Positions 1 to 9,903 of a stretch of 64,000 nucleotides of DNA are shown one piece after another. This stretch comes from a virus. The notes under the pieces are model-generated. The model was not told where the DNA came from and ran no database searches. It was given only the letters and a program-made list of their open reading frames with translations. The stretch spans positions 64,001 to 128,000 of the IMG/VR virus record IMGVR_UViG_3300036766_000678. One strand, given 5' to 3'. How positions within the stretch are numbered: position 1 is the first letter of the stretch; each line of letters begins with the position of its first letter. Position numbers and translations under genes: made by a program.

Positions 1-44
1 AATAATGCCCTTTAGGGCAAACAACGTGTTTAAAACCTTTTGCT

Positions 45-818
45 CTACCCGCCATATTTCTCACCTTTTTTCAAAGTTAAAACTTCTGCTTTATCTTTCG
101 TTATCAAAATCGTATGTTCCGCGTGGGCTGCCAAACCACCATTCAATGTAAAAGTCGCCCATTCATTATCTTTGAAATATACACCAGCATCTTTAAACAT
201 AGTAAAAATAGGTTCGATGCAAATTGTCTCATTTTGAACTAACATAGATCCTTTAGTTTTTTGCGGGATATTAGGAATCTGCGGGGCTTCATGAATTACA
301 TTAAAACCGATCCCATGCCCCACAAAAGGAATTACTACCCCATACCCATTCTTATCTGCTTCATCAAATATGGCTTGGCTTATATCTCCCACATAATTGC
401 CTTCCACTGCCTTCTCAATACCCCGCCAAAGGGCCGCTTTTGTGGTTTCTACAAACTTTTCCACCTCTGGACGTATCGGAGGAACCAAAAGGGTTAAAGC
501 CGAATCTGAACACCATCCTTGAAAGGATACAACTAAATCAAACTTAACCAGGTCCCCGTCTTTAATAGGTAAGTTTGTTGGAGGACAATGGACTACAAAA
601 TTGTTTATTCCAAGACAAATTGAATGTTTATACCCGCGATAGCCAATCGTAGCGGGAATTGCATTATGATCTCTAATAAATTCCTCTGCTTTTTTATCAA
701 GTTCTACCCCTGTAACCCCTGGTTGGCATAAAGAAGATAAGTAAGAAAGAGTATCAGCACAGATCTTTCCAGATTTTCTCATTAGCTCAAGATTGGAATC
801 AGACTTTATCTTTATCAT
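45..818 (-). CDS. map: Methionine aminopeptidase, type I
   Basis: 257 aa with MetAP metal-site motifs GDLVKFD..SD, GHGIG..HEAP, E-P and HAEHTILIT. Confidence 0.92.
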   Translation of the reverse strand: MIKIKSDSNLELMRKSGKICADTLSYLSSLCQPGVTGVELDKKAEEFIRDHNAIPATIGYRGYKHSICLGINNFVVHCPPTNLPIKDGDLVKFDLVVSFQGWCSDSALTLLVPPIRPEVEKFVETTKAALWRGIEKAVEGNYVGDISQAIFDEADKNGYGVVIPFVGHGIGFNVIHEAPQIPNIPQKTKGSMLVQNETICIEPIFTMFKDAGVYFKDNEWATFTLNGGLAAHAEHTILITKDKAEVLTLKKGEKYGG

Positions 819-1414
819 TTTAGTTGTAAACGGAATTTCTGTATATCAAATAAGGCTGGGCATTCTTTGGAAGGTTCAAAATATGAATGGGGGTAAATAG
901 ACGAGGGAGGGAGATGATAAATATGAAGAAGATATTTGCATAGTTTTGTAAGAGAAGCGTTTTGTTCTTCAGTAAAGGTACTTAAATTATCTCCCACTAG
1001 ATGGATAGACAGAGATACATTTACGAGTCGCTGCGCTTCAGAATAACGGATGAGGGAAGAAACATGCCATGCTCTATCACTATCTCTAACTAATTGAATA
1101 ATATTCCCTTCTCTAGTAATAAGATAATGGGTCGAAGTTTGACTCACTTCACTCCTAAACCATTCAAGAGCTTTTTCAGTATCAAGAGAGCCTGTATGAT
1201 GAAGAACAATACAAGAAATATTATGTTTTTTGCGGATACTAAAATTAGAAGTAGGTACAAATTGAACAGGCGGTTTTGATGGGGGGATAGATTTTGGAAG
1301 AGGAACAAGAGATTTGTAAAATGGGTTAAGCTTTCTCAATACTGACAAAAGCTTCATTTTGAATTTAAAAAAATATCTTTTCTTTGGTTGTCTTATCTCT
1401 ACTTGTACAGGCAT
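815..1414 (-). CDS. N-acetylmuramoyl-L-alanine amidase (Amidase_2-like; endolysin candidate)
   Basis: IVLHHTG, STHYLI..G.I.QLV..DRAWH, H...K.CP; basic, Pro-rich N-terminal extension. Confidence 0.8.
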   Translation of the reverse strand: MPVQVEIRQPKKRYFFKFKMKLLSVLRKLNPFYKSLVPLPKSIPPSKPPVQFVPTSNFSIRKKHNISCIVLHHTGSLDTEKALEWFRSEVSQTSTHYLITREGNIIQLVRDSDRAWHVSSLIRYSEAQRLVNVSLSIHLVGDNLSTFTEEQNASLTKLCKYLLHIYHLPPSSIYPHSYFEPSKECPALFDIQKFRLQLK

Positions 1415-1429
1415 AGGTATATTATATCA
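1415..1429 (-). promoter_or_regulatory. Extended -10 promoter (TGnTATAAT) 6 nt upstream of the amidase ATG; leaderless
   Basis: Minus strand reads TGA-TATAAT-atacct-ATG. Confidence 0.55.
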
Positions 1430-1454
1430 GATTTTATAAGGAAATACTATCTTT

Positions 1455-1712
1455 TTAAAGGTCTACAGGGCCATTCAAATCATCAATCTCTTCTGCATTA
1501 GAATAAAAAGCTTTAAATGCACTTGCTTGAGCACAGGCTAGAGTTTTAACTTCATTTAAATCGGTAGAATTAGATAGAACACTACTTTCAATACAAATAT
1601 GGTTGCAAGGTGATGGTATAGTTTCCCCATCAAATGAAAAAGTAACATCATAATACTGAACAGACCCATCAGCATTTTTATAAACTATACAATTAACGAT
1701 TGAATCACTCAT
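1455..1712 (-). CDS. Hypothetical protein, possible tail fibre chaperone
   Basis: 85-aa acidic ORF with RBS, directly after a tail fibre gene. Confidence 0.5.
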   Translation of the reverse strand: MSDSIVNCIVYKNADGSVQYYDVTFSFDGETIPSPCNHICIESSVLSNSTDLNEVKTLACAQASAFKAFYSNAEEIDDLNGPVDL

Positions 1713-1723
1713 AATTTTTTCCT

Positions 1724-3700
1724 TTATATTTTTATAATTTTGGTAACGATTGCACTTTTTTGAATAACCGAAGAAGGGTTATTAGTAGCTGTTGTACTTT
1801 GATTTGTAGCTGTTGTAGGCAGATCGTGAAGAAAAGGTCTTGAAGCTGATCCTGATGACCCTGCTCCTACAAAAATAACATCTGGAGTAAGGTTAGTAGT
1901 CCCATAAGGCCAAGAAGCCGCATTTCCTGTTACTATAACTCCAGGCGATCCCCCGACAGGAGAAATATGAGTATGTGCATCTTGAATATGATTATGAGCA
2001 TTTTGAGTAGAAGTAACATCTTCTGCCCCACCAGTATTACCAACAGTATTTCCAAGTGTTCCTGTCCCCGTACCTCCAGAACCTACTGCTACTCGTCGTC
2101 TAAAATCAGGAAGCCTAAAATTACCAGCCCCCTCCCCACCCGTATTCCAAATTGTGCTAATAACTGTAAATAAATTTGGGTAATCTGTTTGAGATTTTAC
2201 ACTACCGTCGCACAGTAAAAATCCAGAAGGACTTGAAGCACCTGCAAAATCTAACATAGCCCCCGTAGGAACTGTAAGAGATTGCCAAGAAGGACTTACT
2301 GGAGCACCATCATAATATTCTGGAGAATTAATATCCAAATTAAACCCGTATTCTCCTGGTATTGGATTTGGAGGTCTTGCCGTTGTGACCCAACGTTGAT
2401 ATCTTTCTGTAGTACTTCCAATCCTTCTTCGTTCAACCAAAGCTGAAAGAGCATTATGCCCTAAAATTCCAACATAAGTATATGTAACTGTGCAAAGCCA
2501 AAGTTTAGTAGCATCATTAGCAACCGCTGCTGTTGTTACAGCAAATGCTTGTGTAATAGAATCCCAATAAACATTATATGTACCAGATGCCGTTGGAAAA
2601 GTTACAGCAGCATCCGCTGGAACTGCACTAAAAATGGAAGTTACATTGTAAGCTGATCCATTAACAATTGCAAATTCCGTAGAAAGCAATTGATGAACAA
2701 GAATATAATCACTAGTAGCAATAATAATATCACATGCCATAGCTGATGTATTAGGATATGAAGCTGGGAATACTCCAGGTACACCAGCAATAATAGCATT
2801 ATTAACATCCGTACTGCTTCCTGGCCCACTACCATTTATTCCATGTTCAATTTGTCGATGTGCATTTACTGTGTCAAACTGGGAAACTCCTAAATCCGCT
2901 AAAGACATATTATGGGGATTGAATGGAGAAATTCCAGTTCCAGTTCCCACACTTTTTATATGGGCCTGGAGCGTGTAAGTAGAAGCAGGTGCATATGTAG
3001 AGGTTCTATCTGAGGCATTAGCTAATGGTGTGGTTATAGGAACGAGATTAGGTAAAATCTGGTAAAAATTTCTCCCTACCTGCGAAATATTAGACGGTGC
3101 AACAGCAGCAACTGGGCCAGTGGGCATAGTAACAGTAGCCAGAAAAATAGAATTGGCATTAGGTGGAACAGGAGGAGCAGGAGAAAGAGAATAGGCAACC
3201 TGAACTGTTTGAATATTATATCCATCCGTTTGTTTGTAAAACTGTTTTCCGTTTGTCTCTTTATTTAAAGTAAAAGCAGAAGTATCAATAGTAGCAAGGT
3301 AATTTATCCAAATATAAGTTATTGTTCCACTATTACCAACAGAAATATTTACTACTCCAGATGACTGGGGTGTACTGATAAATGCACCAAGACCGTCATT
3401 TGTAGTAGCTGTAACATTGGCAGGATTATAAAGAGTAACATCTGAAATATCTATAAAGATTCTATTGCCTAAATTATCTTGTGCTATAGAAGTTCCTGTG
3501 CAATTTACGCTAGGAGTAGCTGATGTATTATTTGTACCTGGAGCAATCAAAAATCCTTCCCCAGAGGAAGTAGCATTGTTAATGCCACTAGAAAAAGTAT
3601 CCCCAATAACATTATTAGTTTTTCCTTCTTGACTAGTTTGCATCCAATCAAATACCTGTTTAATTATTCTTGCTGCATTATTATAAAGTGTTGAGGCCAT
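1724..3700 (-). CDS. Tail fibre protein with phage tail-collar domain
   Basis: C-terminal VPTGAMLDFAGASSPSGFLLCDG...YPNLF...FRLPDFR matches the tail-collar motif. Confidence 0.8.
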   Translation of the reverse strand: MASTLYNNAARIIKQVFDWMQTSQEGKTNNVIGDTFSSGINNATSSGEGFLIAPGTNNTSATPSVNCTGTSIAQDNLGNRIFIDISDVTLYNPANVTATTNDGLGAFISTPQSSGVVNISVGNSGTITYIWINYLATIDTSAFTLNKETNGKQFYKQTDGYNIQTVQVAYSLSPAPPVPPNANSIFLATVTMPTGPVAAVAPSNISQVGRNFYQILPNLVPITTPLANASDRTSTYAPASTYTLQAHIKSVGTGTGISPFNPHNMSLADLGVSQFDTVNAHRQIEHGINGSGPGSSTDVNNAIIAGVPGVFPASYPNTSAMACDIIIATSDYILVHQLLSTEFAIVNGSAYNVTSIFSAVPADAAVTFPTASGTYNVYWDSITQAFAVTTAAVANDATKLWLCTVTYTYVGILGHNALSALVERRRIGSTTERYQRWVTTARPPNPIPGEYGFNLDINSPEYYDGAPVSPSWQSLTVPTGAMLDFAGASSPSGFLLCDGSVKSQTDYPNLFTVISTIWNTGGEGAGNFRLPDFRRRVAVGSGGTGTGTLGNTVGNTGGAEDVTSTQNAHNHIQDAHTHISPVGGSPGVIVTGNAASWPYGTTNLTPDVIFVGAGSSGSASRPFLHDLPTTATNQSTTATNNPSSVIQKSAIVTKIIKI

Positions 3701-3711
3701 ATACTTCTCCT

Positions 3712-5241
3712 TTATTCTTGTACTCTAAAAAAAGTTTTTACTTCGGCTGGTACTAACTGGTTAACTAAAGATTCTACTGTAGGAATATTAACTGTTGCTA
3801 TATGATCACTTTGAGCAGTAATTGAATCAGTTACTGTCATACTGTCTGAAACATCCTGACTAATTGAAAATGAGGGAGTAACTGAATCACTCTGGGTAAC
3901 TGAATCGGACAACGATAAAGTTAAAACAATACTTAAAGGAGAAGGAATATCACTAGACCACGTAGGAGCAATATTAAATGTAATTGTGTTTCCATTTCCA
4001 GTAGAATCATTTAAAATATTCCCAGAACCTTCTTCCATTCTCCAATATGCTATAGGGCAAGCTGAAGGACTTCCTCCCGAAGCAATAATACTGGCATCAA
4101 CAGAAGATAAAATTACATCCCAAATTCGAGTATCATCAACACTTCCATTCCAAGGAAAACCTTGTGCATTACTAAAAGCTAATGGGGCTGCATTAGAAAG
4201 ATTTCCGCCTGGTGAGCCATATACAACTGTAGTAACATCTATTCCATCTAAATATAGTTTAGACCCTAAAACGCTATCATAAGTAGCCACTATATTATGC
4301 CACAACCCATCAACTACAGAACTTGGGGTTTTAACAATGTAATCTGACCCACCTGCACGAATAGTAAGAGCTAAAACATTTCCAAAACTATTAATTAAAG
4401 CTAAACCCCATCCAGGAGATGCTATAGAATTTATATTTGCTGTTTTCCATATTAATGTATCATAATTTGATACATTAATACTAGTTTTAAACCAAGAACT
4501 AACAGAAAACCTATTTAAATTATCTGCTAAAGTACTGTTGCTATTTGTTCCAATTTGTGTACCATTCTCGCTAATAGAATAAGCAGAACCAGCAGTTCCA
4601 CTACAATCAGAGGCAGATAAAAATATAGCCCCAGTAGATGAAAATCCAGAACATCCTCCAACGGATAGCCAATGAGCTTGTTGTGTACTTACAGGTGGAT
4701 TTATATAATAAGCATCTGCACAAGCAGGGGCAGGAATTCCAACAAAAGAAGTTCCTAACCAAGGAGAAAGAACTGTATCATAAATCTCAACATTAAAACT
4801 TTCCACAAAAGATACTAACAATTCACTTGTTGTAGAAGGGGTAAGTATAGGCCCGTTATGTGGGGGAACATGACAACCATTAGAATCCTCTGAATTAAAA
4901 ACTGCAATATCCAAAGGATCTGAAGTAGACAAAACTCCAGAAAATTCCTGAACTGAAACCACAAGATGACTACTATTTATAGAAACTGTTACAGATGTAG
5001 CCCCACTTAAGGAATTATAGGCATACCAAATTTGAACCGCTCCCCCTTGGAAGTTAACTCCGCTACCACCAGAAGCCAAATAATAAGTATTACCCGCATT
5101 GTCTGTTACTGTAGTAACAGTAGAAATTAGGGAACCAAACATTACAACAATAAGATTTCCACTTCCCGTAGCTGAAATAGGAACAGAGGTGATGGAACCT
5201 AAAGTCCTATTATTGCCTTCTTGTACAAAAGTGATAGCCAT
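3712..5241 (-). CDS. Virion protein with LamG/concanavalin-A-like lectin domain
   Basis: FSVSSWFK, WHNIVATYD, LYLDG, GSVDDTRIW motifs. Confidence 0.75.
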   Translation of the reverse strand: MAITFVQEGNNRTLGSITSVPISATGSGNLIVVMFGSLISTVTTVTDNAGNTYYLASGGSGVNFQGGAVQIWYAYNSLSGATSVTVSINSSHLVVSVQEFSGVLSTSDPLDIAVFNSEDSNGCHVPPHNGPILTPSTTSELLVSFVESFNVEIYDTVLSPWLGTSFVGIPAPACADAYYINPPVSTQQAHWLSVGGCSGFSSTGAIFLSASDCSGTAGSAYSISENGTQIGTNSNSTLADNLNRFSVSSWFKTSINVSNYDTLIWKTANINSIASPGWGLALINSFGNVLALTIRAGGSDYIVKTPSSVVDGLWHNIVATYDSVLGSKLYLDGIDVTTVVYGSPGGNLSNAAPLAFSNAQGFPWNGSVDDTRIWDVILSSVDASIIASGGSPSACPIAYWRMEEGSGNILNDSTGNGNTITFNIAPTWSSDIPSPLSIVLTLSLSDSVTQSDSVTPSFSISQDVSDSMTVTDSITAQSDHIATVNIPTVESLVNQLVPAEVKTFFRVQE

Positions 5242-5266
5242 AAATTATTCTCTATTTAACTCTTAA

Positions 5267-5749
5267 CTAAAATGTGATTTGCCACGTAAGTACGAAAGTA
5301 TTACCAGAACCTTTATTTAATGCTCCAAAAGTATTACGAGCAAACATTGTTCCTGCTGGAGTAGGAGAAGTCCAATCTGTAGAAAATAATCCTGCTTCAG
5401 TAATAGCTCCGGTATCAACACCAGGACCAAAAGTTGCAACGTTTTGCCAAATATTAGTAGAACCTGGAGTTGTAAGAATTCCTTGAACTCTAGTAACAAG
5501 TGGTACTTCTAGATCTGTATTTCCAATTACAGGGGCTGTCCCACCTGTTCCCAATCCAACCCAAGACATAAATTTAGTAGATTGGGTAGTGGCAGTAAGC
5601 CAAGAAGCTAAGAAAACTGGACCCACCGTGACCACAAGGTTAGAATCTGTATGATCATAAATAAGAATACCTTTTTCATCAAAAAGTTGTTTACGAACAG
5701 ATCCTGTTATTCCTTTAAGACTATCATGTTGTATACTTTTTTCTATCAT
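5267..5749 (-). CDS. Baseplate/tail-fibre attachment protein
   Basis: GLGTGGT...ITEAGLF...TWQITF pattern typical of tail-fibre N-terminal modules; synteny. Confidence 0.5.
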   Translation of the reverse strand: MIEKSIQHDSLKGITGSVRKQLFDEKGILIYDHTDSNLVVTVGPVFLASWLTATTQSTKFMSWVGLGTGGTAPVIGNTDLEVPLVTRVQGILTTPGSTNIWQNVATFGPGVDTGAITEAGLFSTDWTSPTPAGTMFARNTFGALNKGSGNTFVLTWQITF

Positions 5750-5776
5750 AGTAATTCTCCTAATTTATACTAATAT

Positions 5777-7186
5777 TTATGCGAGGACGAAGGCTCCAGG
5801 ATTAAAAATTGTGATAAGAATGCCAGCTTTAAGTGTAGAGCGATCAAATAGGACAGGTGGAGGTAAGGAAATATCTGTGTACAACAACCGATAAGCAATA
5901 TTAACTTCAGTTGGGCCGTTCCATGGTAATAGTAAATGGGCTTGAGTGTCACTCGTTATTTGATCAATTGTTCCTATGTAAATTCCATTCAAATCTGTAA
6001 TTTGATCTCCAACCACAAGTTCAGTTAAAAATAATGTCCCACTTCCCCCAATATCATTGCTACCATTATTAAATGTTACATTTCCAGTTAATAATGTTAC
6101 ACCATCTAAAGCATCGAAGACTACTGGAAAAGGGTCATTTGGATTTCCCACATCAAATGTGGCTTGTAACGTATCAGTCGTAGCCACATTCATTGTCCAA
6201 ATTCCTAACGGCCCATCTGTTGTATAAGCACTTGTAGGGACTAATAATCCTGTTGTAATATCTTCTACTACTAATGTTGCATCAATATAAGGTTCTGAAG
6301 TATTAAATACTGTTTGTGGTCCACTTGGAACAATCGGGTCATCTTGAATTGTAATTAAAAAGAAATCTTCTAAATCACGAATATTTGTGATTGCAGGAGG
6401 AACACCAGTAAAAGATTGCACTGTTAATATAATAGCTTCATTTGTACTACCTACCAAAGAAGCTAGGAAGAGATTCATCAAAATCCAACGATAATCTACA
6501 AACTGTAAAGTATTAGGCTTTGGAAAATTAAATAATACCCCAAAATTTTGCTGAAGAAATTCATCTCTACACATATCTACATAATTATCTGTTTGAGTAA
6601 GAAAATTCTCATAAAATACTTTATCTAACTGGTTTCCATACATATCTTCTACGACATACAAATTTGAATTTCGTTGAGCTACTGGTAACAGAAGATCACC
6701 TTTACCATACACATGAGCATCAGGCAAAGAATTCATTAAATTCTCTGCATACTGTTGTTCAACTTTTTGCGGTATAGTCCAAATTAATGTTTGAGACCAA
6801 TCCGATTGAAAAGAACCAGTATGGGTTCTAACTCTAGCATACCAAACTTGTTCTATCCCATCTATACGAGCGGCCACAGGAACTGTAAATCCTTTTCTAA
6901 CATTACCATTTTGAAAAGTAATTGGAGGAGTTCCCACAAAGTTAGAAAAAACAACATCATTTGGGGAAATAAAAGCTGGATCAGTGTCAAGTTCTAGGTC
7001 AAAGGTTGCTGCAATTAATGCTGGAGTAATAAATGACGGGTCAAAACCAAACCAGAATGTATAAATTCCATCTAGAGTATTTCTATAAAAACGAAGATCT
7101 AAAGGAATACCTTGTGCTGCTGCTGTAGTAGCACCACTATAAAAATTTCCACTCGAATAAAATATCCCACTTCCAAAAAATACCAT
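5777..7186 (-). CDS. Putative baseplate wedge protein
   Basis: 469 aa, downstream of the baseplate J-like gene; inferred mainly from position. Confidence 0.45.
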   Translation of the reverse strand: MVFFGSGIFYSSGNFYSGATTAAAQGIPLDLRFYRNTLDGIYTFWFGFDPSFITPALIAATFDLELDTDPAFISPNDVVFSNFVGTPPITFQNGNVRKGFTVPVAARIDGIEQVWYARVRTHTGSFQSDWSQTLIWTIPQKVEQQYAENLMNSLPDAHVYGKGDLLLPVAQRNSNLYVVEDMYGNQLDKVFYENFLTQTDNYVDMCRDEFLQQNFGVLFNFPKPNTLQFVDYRWILMNLFLASLVGSTNEAIILTVQSFTGVPPAITNIRDLEDFFLITIQDDPIVPSGPQTVFNTSEPYIDATLVVEDITTGLLVPTSAYTTDGPLGIWTMNVATTDTLQATFDVGNPNDPFPVVFDALDGVTLLTGNVTFNNGSNDIGGSGTLFLTELVVGDQITDLNGIYIGTIDQITSDTQAHLLLPWNGPTEVNIAYRLLYTDISLPPPVLFDRSTLKAGILITIFNPGAFVLA

Positions 7187-7689
7187 TAGAGTAATCCTCT
7201 ATTTTTAGAGATTTTTCTATTCCATTTTCTTAATATGTCGCCACTTCTCTTTTTTGCTTCGGGGGTATTCATTCTAATTTTAACAATTTTACTCATTATT
7301 TTTTTATATTTTTTACCCTTTGTACTTTTCCAAAATTTTCTTTTTGCTTTTCTAGATTTAAGACTCCATTGTAATCCCAATCGACTATTAGCTTTGGGAC
7401 AAATATTATATCCTTTCATAAGGTCATAACTCTTATAGTAATCCATCCAATATTGTTCTTTTTTCTCTAATTTTTTCTTAGTTGGATTTTTAATTACTTC
7501 TATTATTTCAAATTCAAATTTATTTTCACCATACTTATTCCATGCCCTCTGAAGAAGAATAGAATGATGATAATTTCCGCGTAATTCTTTTTTATGATCT
7601 AGCCATCTTTTTATAAAATTTATGGCAGACCCAACATAGACCTTACCACTTTTAATGTGTCTAATTTTATAAATACCACTCTGTATCAT
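7186..7689 (-). CDS. GIY-YIG homing endonuclease (free-standing)
   Basis: SGIYKI..KVYVGSA..KRW..H..LQRAWNKYG..FEIIE. Confidence 0.9.
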   Translation of the reverse strand: MIQSGIYKIRHIKSGKVYVGSAINFIKRWLDHKKELRGNYHHSILLQRAWNKYGENKFEFEIIEVIKNPTKKKLEKKEQYWMDYYKSYDLMKGYNICPKANSRLGLQWSLKSRKAKRKFWKSTKGKKYKKIMSKIVKIRMNTPEAKKRSGDILRKWNRKISKNRGLL

Positions 7690-7707
7690 TATTATTTACC
7701 TTTATTT

Positions 7708-9888
7708 TTAACCAAGAATATTCCAAGATGTTCCGTCATAGCCGACAAACTGAGAAGTATTAGAATTAAAAATGATCATTCCTGCTACAGGTGTCAAAGC
7801 ATTCTGTTGTGTTGTATCAAGAGAAGGAAGAACAATCGCCCCATCTGTAATTCCATAATTCAGATATAAACTACCTGAATTAGTTGTGAGATTTACTTCA
7901 GAAATATTCGTAAACCCATGGACAGTGGTATCTAAACGATCAACAATTAAATAATGATCTGCAACTACCTCATTTTCTGCCCTTGCTTGAATCATAACAT
8001 TTGTATTACTTGACATTCGAATACTTGCATCTGTAGTGGTATTATCCCCCGCAGTAAGACGAAGCATGTGTGGAGATTGGAGTTCTACATCCATCTCCAA
8101 ATTTCCACCTGTGATAAAGCGCGTCTTTAAAGTTCCTGCTACATTATATCCACTATCAAAGAAAATACCTGAATAAGATGAAACTACTGCAACACCTTCT
8201 GACGGATCTTGATGCCCTTTGACAACTACTGAAGATCCATTATCTCTAAATCCCTGAACTTTTCCATTAACAAGAAGTCCTTGAGAGGGAGTTGTATTAG
8301 TAATAACTAAAGCATCTGTTGATGGGGTAGTATTAGTAATTGTTTCATTTCCATCAATTGCAGAAGTTCCAGATAAAAATAAATTCTTCCAGCGTTTTGG
8401 AGCAGATCCCAAATTAATACTGTTATCAGATCCTGGAAGAAGTGAAGTATTAATAGCAACAGCAGAAAGATTGCTCAAAGCTTGATTTGCACCAATACTT
8501 CCAGTGTCAAATTCAGTCCATATAGGAGAAGCTTTAGTTCCAGTATTAGAATACAATGCACCAGAAGTGGTATTCATATATAATGAACCAATTTCGGCAA
8601 ATGTGGCCCCAGTTACTGCATTAGTTGGAATACCAGACCCATTCAAAATACAAACTTCATGGTCCATACGAATAGCAGCATTCTTAATTGATAGTTCTAG
8701 ATACCCATTATGGGCTGCACCAAATAAATCCAATCCATAAGTAAATCCACTACCTGATTGTGAATTATTCTGCATTGCCTTAAATGCCGCATTAGCTAAA
8801 GTAACACTACTATCTCCATCAATATACGCAACAACAGCACCATCAGACTCAGTTACACCATCTGTAATCTGAGCAAGAACAGCTCCTTTAGGGTAAGTAG
8901 TTGCTTTAACCCCAGTGACACTATCAGCACCAATGACACCACCAATATAGTTAGAAATTCTAGTAAGTGAGGACCCATGGACATTGCCCATAATAGAAGC
9001 TAAATATTTAGGATTAGTAGATGTATTACTACCTGCGCCAGCACTTAACGTTTCATCACTGGCAATACCTTGATTAGACCCAGAACCAGAATATGTTTCA
9101 GATTGTGTAAGTGAACCTGTTAAAATAAGAGAAACAAAAGTAGGACTAGAGGTGATATTAATATCTTGTGGGGTAGAGAGAGTTATAGCTCCAACACTTG
9201 AACTTGCAATAATTTGATTAGTAGTTCCAGTAATAGATGTAACTGCTCCAGCACCAGTCGCAATTACATTTCCTTTCCATCTAAGATCATCACTACCATC
9301 CGAATCAAGTACATCGTCACCACTACCTGCAAAATTCCTCCAGGCAATAACATCTGTATGTGCCAGTCGTAATACTCCAGTACTTGCAGGAGAGGCTGAA
9401 GCTGTAATAAAATCTGCCGCTTTTGTTTCTCTTATAGCAGTAACATCTCTTGGAAATATAAAATCGTCTGTACCTGTATTGCTTATACTTGCTGGTTTAA
9501 CAATATTGTTAGAAAGAGAACCATTATAATTTAAAGCGACACCCACAGGTCCTTGAAGTTCATTTACATCCTCTGCGGCAAATTCTGAACCTAAACCATT
9601 ATACGATACCAAAATAGCATTTCCATCTTGTGATACATTAAATGTAATAACACCTGTTAAATAATTAACAAGAAACTGTGTTCCCGTTGGGGAACCAACT
9701 GTAATTTCATTATATCCAGGAATTGATACTATAGGAAGAAGTGGGGAGGGTGCTTCAGGAGTTTCAACAAGACGGATAAGTCCAGGGGTCACAACAGCAA
9801 CACCTGTGATTCCGACTACATGACTTTCTGACACAATAGCTTGTGCAATTAAACGCTTATTTACTTTATCAACAAATGGGATGCTCAT
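7708..9888 (-). CDS. Structural/fibre-like protein carrying a shared ~150-aa module
   Basis: 726 aa, G/S/T-rich; internal module near-identical to one in 30835..32235. Confidence 0.55.
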   Translation of the reverse strand: MSIPFVDKVNKRLIAQAIVSESHVVGITGVAVVTPGLIRLVETPEAPSPLLPIVSIPGYNEITVGSPTGTQFLVNYLTGVITFNVSQDGNAILVSYNGLGSEFAAEDVNELQGPVGVALNYNGSLSNNIVKPASISNTGTDDFIFPRDVTAIRETKAADFITASASPASTGVLRLAHTDVIAWRNFAGSGDDVLDSDGSDDLRWKGNVIATGAGAVTSITGTTNQIIASSSVGAITLSTPQDINITSSPTFVSLILTGSLTQSETYSGSGSNQGIASDETLSAGAGSNTSTNPKYLASIMGNVHGSSLTRISNYIGGVIGADSVTGVKATTYPKGAVLAQITDGVTESDGAVVAYIDGDSSVTLANAAFKAMQNNSQSGSGFTYGLDLFGAAHNGYLELSIKNAAIRMDHEVCILNGSGIPTNAVTGATFAEIGSLYMNTTSGALYSNTGTKASPIWTEFDTGSIGANQALSNLSAVAINTSLLPGSDNSINLGSAPKRWKNLFLSGTSAIDGNETITNTTPSTDALVITNTTPSQGLLVNGKVQGFRDNGSSVVVKGHQDPSEGVAVVSSYSGIFFDSGYNVAGTLKTRFITGGNLEMDVELQSPHMLRLTAGDNTTTDASIRMSSNTNVMIQARAENEVVADHYLIVDRLDTTVHGFTNISEVNLTTNSGSLYLNYGITDGAIVLPSLDTTQQNALTPVAGMIIFNSNTSQFVGYDGTSWNILG

Positions 9889-9903
9889 ATTTTTATCCTC
9901 TTA

